64,000 nucleotides of DNA from Phoronis australis (Eukaryota > Animalia > Phoronida): contig NMRA01000036.1 of NCBI GenBank assembly GCA_002633005.1, positions 1,350,139 to 1,414,138 of the forward strand. Direction: 5' to 3'. Within the stretch, counting starts at the first letter, position 1; each line of letters opens with the position of its first letter. This document shows, in pieces, positions 61,546 through 64,000 of this stretch. The notes under the pieces were generated by a model, which had not been told where the DNA came from, made no database searches, and saw only the letters and a program-made list of their open reading frames with translations. Made by a program: the position numbers and the translations under genes.

Positions 61546-63242
61546 TTGTTTTGTTTATTGTACTTTGGGCCAGAGGCCTTCAATACAAATACATTTATAG
61601 ATTATTAGATAAATGACGTTAGCCTCAATGACCAAACACTGAATTTCATTCAGCCACAGGGCAGTTTAAACACGTGTCAAAATTGTGAAAGTTCATAGCA
61701 CTCAGTACTGAGACATACTCTAAAAACACAAACCAAAATGAATGTTTTTTAAGAATATGCATTGTGTGCTTTTAAGCAATTACTTCAGCCAGTACAAATG
61801 TGGTTTGCTTTAGTCTGAAGTTTCTGATTTTAACTTGATATCACAACTAGCTGTACTAATTGTAAAACAGATTCACTAGCTACATTTTCCATAGTCATCT
61901 TTTATCGAACTACCGTTTCGACCACAATGCATATATCACAGAGAAAAGATGTCAGAGACACTTCACAACGACTTGATGTTTCCTAACTAGGAGCAAGTAT
62001 GTGTTGAAAAATATATATTTGTTGATCTGCCAATATCAGAGTAACATTCAGCTCATATCATGGACAAGGTAATAATGATTTCAATTGCAGGAGCGTCACC
62101 TACTGCTCATCACTTTCAAAATATTCTCACTAAAGAACCATGAATTTATTCGCCTTACAAAAATGATCACACTTAACCAATCTTGGGATATTGCCGGCAT
62201 TGTAAGAGGATGCTCAACACTTAGCTTGAAGCCAAGTCGCATTTGGCTACTTGCTGAAAATCCCAGGACGCTAAAGGAAATCTGACGTCGTCCAAAACTG
62301 ATGTTTGTCATCAGAATAGTTGGCTAAAAAAAGGTTATGCTATTTTCCGTTCTTGGGAACTTACGTCACATACCCAGAATGTAGGTGATCATATACACTG
62401 TAGGCACTAGTTTCACTCATCATGCATGATTATCGCCAACTTCCACCTGTGTACTTCCTGATGTCATTTTAATGCAAGTTTGACAAGTGCTAACTGCTGT
62501 CGGTGGTAGCAAATGCACCAATTTCATGAAATAAACGAAACAATTGTAAACTAAGGTATCAAATCTAAGAAAACTGTTAGTAACTTAAAATTTAGGAGTC
62601 AACACAAACTTTGAAACAAATTTCGAGGGAATTGGCTGACTTTGATACTCACAGTGGTGACTTCATGGCGACTTGGGATTTTTCCCAGGTGACCAAACAC
62701 AATCTGTAGTTCACTAAATCAAGCACTGCAAGACATAATTGTCAGAGGTTATGTTAATGATGCTCAATACATAATAATCATAAAGCATTTTGGTTATGTA
62801 GTACCCTATCAAAATGTCCAATTTTGTCCATCCTTGGGACATCTTACAAGATACTGATTGGATTCACGTGAAACTTTCACAGAATATACTTTATAAACTA
62901 ATCCCCAACATGCCGTTAGAAATGTTTTTTTAAAATGTTCCACATTTGCGTGAGGACCTACCAGAAAGCAGGAATTGCATAAATTTCATGAATTTTTTAC
63001 ATTGCATAAAACAAAAATGAGACGGTAATTTAGCAAACTGTAACATCATTTTTGAGATTTACCTTGAACATCATGTTATACAACACGAACTAAAATTCTA
63101 CAGTTTTGTAAATATTTGACTTAATGTACAGACTTGTCAATAAAGTACTACATAACCTTTAAGCACACCATATGGCAAACGTCATCAATTAACAAGACTT
63201 ACGAATTATACACCCTACTACATTTCAATAATTCTATTACAG

Positions 63243-63455
63243 ACACCAGACTACTTTGTATGCCCATCCTCTGTTTTTAGTATGTGTCATGACAAATGCT
63301 GGATATGAAGTGGTGGCTGGTACTCGGAAATGAAAACATGGCATCCTTGCACAAGGCTCTATCGGTCCTGAGACAGCACAATGAAGAATGGAATCCAAGA
63401 TGTTTTGTGGTCAATGCATCTGAAATAGAAACTCCAGCAATTAAAACTGTGTAAA
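63243..63455 (+). pseudogene. MULE transposase domain exon remnant
   Basis: After acceptor-like tacag: YAHPLFLVCVMTNAGYEVVAG, then frameshift, then ENMASLHKALSVLRQHNEEWNPRCFVVNASEIE..AIKTV, matching the MULE LPLFF..VKTN.GY..E...AL...W.P..F..D pattern. Confidence 0.75.
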
Positions 63456-64000
63456 TGTGTTTTCAGGTACTTACTTACTTTACACAGTAGTAATGACATT
63501 ACTGAACTGGTAAATGTTTTGCAAGAGCCTCGATTTAATGCCTATAGCATTCAACATTTTCCGTTAAACAGCTTTGTCACAACACACTGCTGTTTTTCAT
63601 ATACAATATATAGATTTCACCGCCAATCTTAGGCATTGCATAAAACCCCATTAGGTTCAAAGTTACAAACTGAAAATTAAATCACTTGCTGCTTCTTCCT
63701 CACAATGTCAGAATTTTAATCCTTAGCAGTTAAAACTACTAAGCTTGGGAGATATGAAACTTGTTATTACTAGAAACCCTACATGTTGCTTTTCAGATGA
63801 AATGACAACCCAGCGCACCATACAGGAGAAACAGTTCCCTTTAAAATCTGACTTATATTTGAAAATTTGCACTCGTATTTCCTAATTTGGACTCTTAAAA
63901 ATGACCAAAAAACTAACTAGGCGTTGGTGGGGGTGGTCCCAATTTTAATTTTTCTGTTCTTTTTTCAAGCATGTCACTTGTTTTAGCCAGCGAATATACA

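Larger units (their letters stand above)
57132..61609 (+). mobile_element. Full-length RTE-X-like non-LTR retrotransposon
   Basis: Two intact ORFs, TSD TAAATGAC (57124-57131 and 61610-61617), and a short 3' UTR with GGCCagaGGCC hairpin and TAGAT-type tail. Confidence 0.9.

Overview
Eukaryotic (probably invertebrate animal) genomic DNA made almost entirely of nested transposable elements and satellite-like arrays. I found no convincing host gene, rRNA, true tRNA gene or CRISPR array. The only intact coding unit is a full-length RTE-X-like LINE (57132-61609, 8-bp TSD TAAATGAC). Its ORF1 and ORF2 are in the same frame and separated by a single TAG, which makes it a stop-codon readthrough candidate. 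Degenerate elements include DIRS/Ngaro YR-retrotransposon pieces (one with split direct repeats), a CR1/L2-like LINE, a Sola-like element and several Academ (AcademX-like) elements with nested inserts. There are also Helentron/HINE-like tandem and head-to-head arrays, Harbinger MITEs and a Myb/SANT remnant, a Kolobok derivative (THAP plus P2X7-C-terminal-like remnants), a HERO REL-endonuclease 3' end, Penelope-like inverted repeats and an intron-containing MULE/CaRF-like remnant. All family assignments come from by-eye motif recognition, not database searches, and most boundaries of degenerate elements are approximate.
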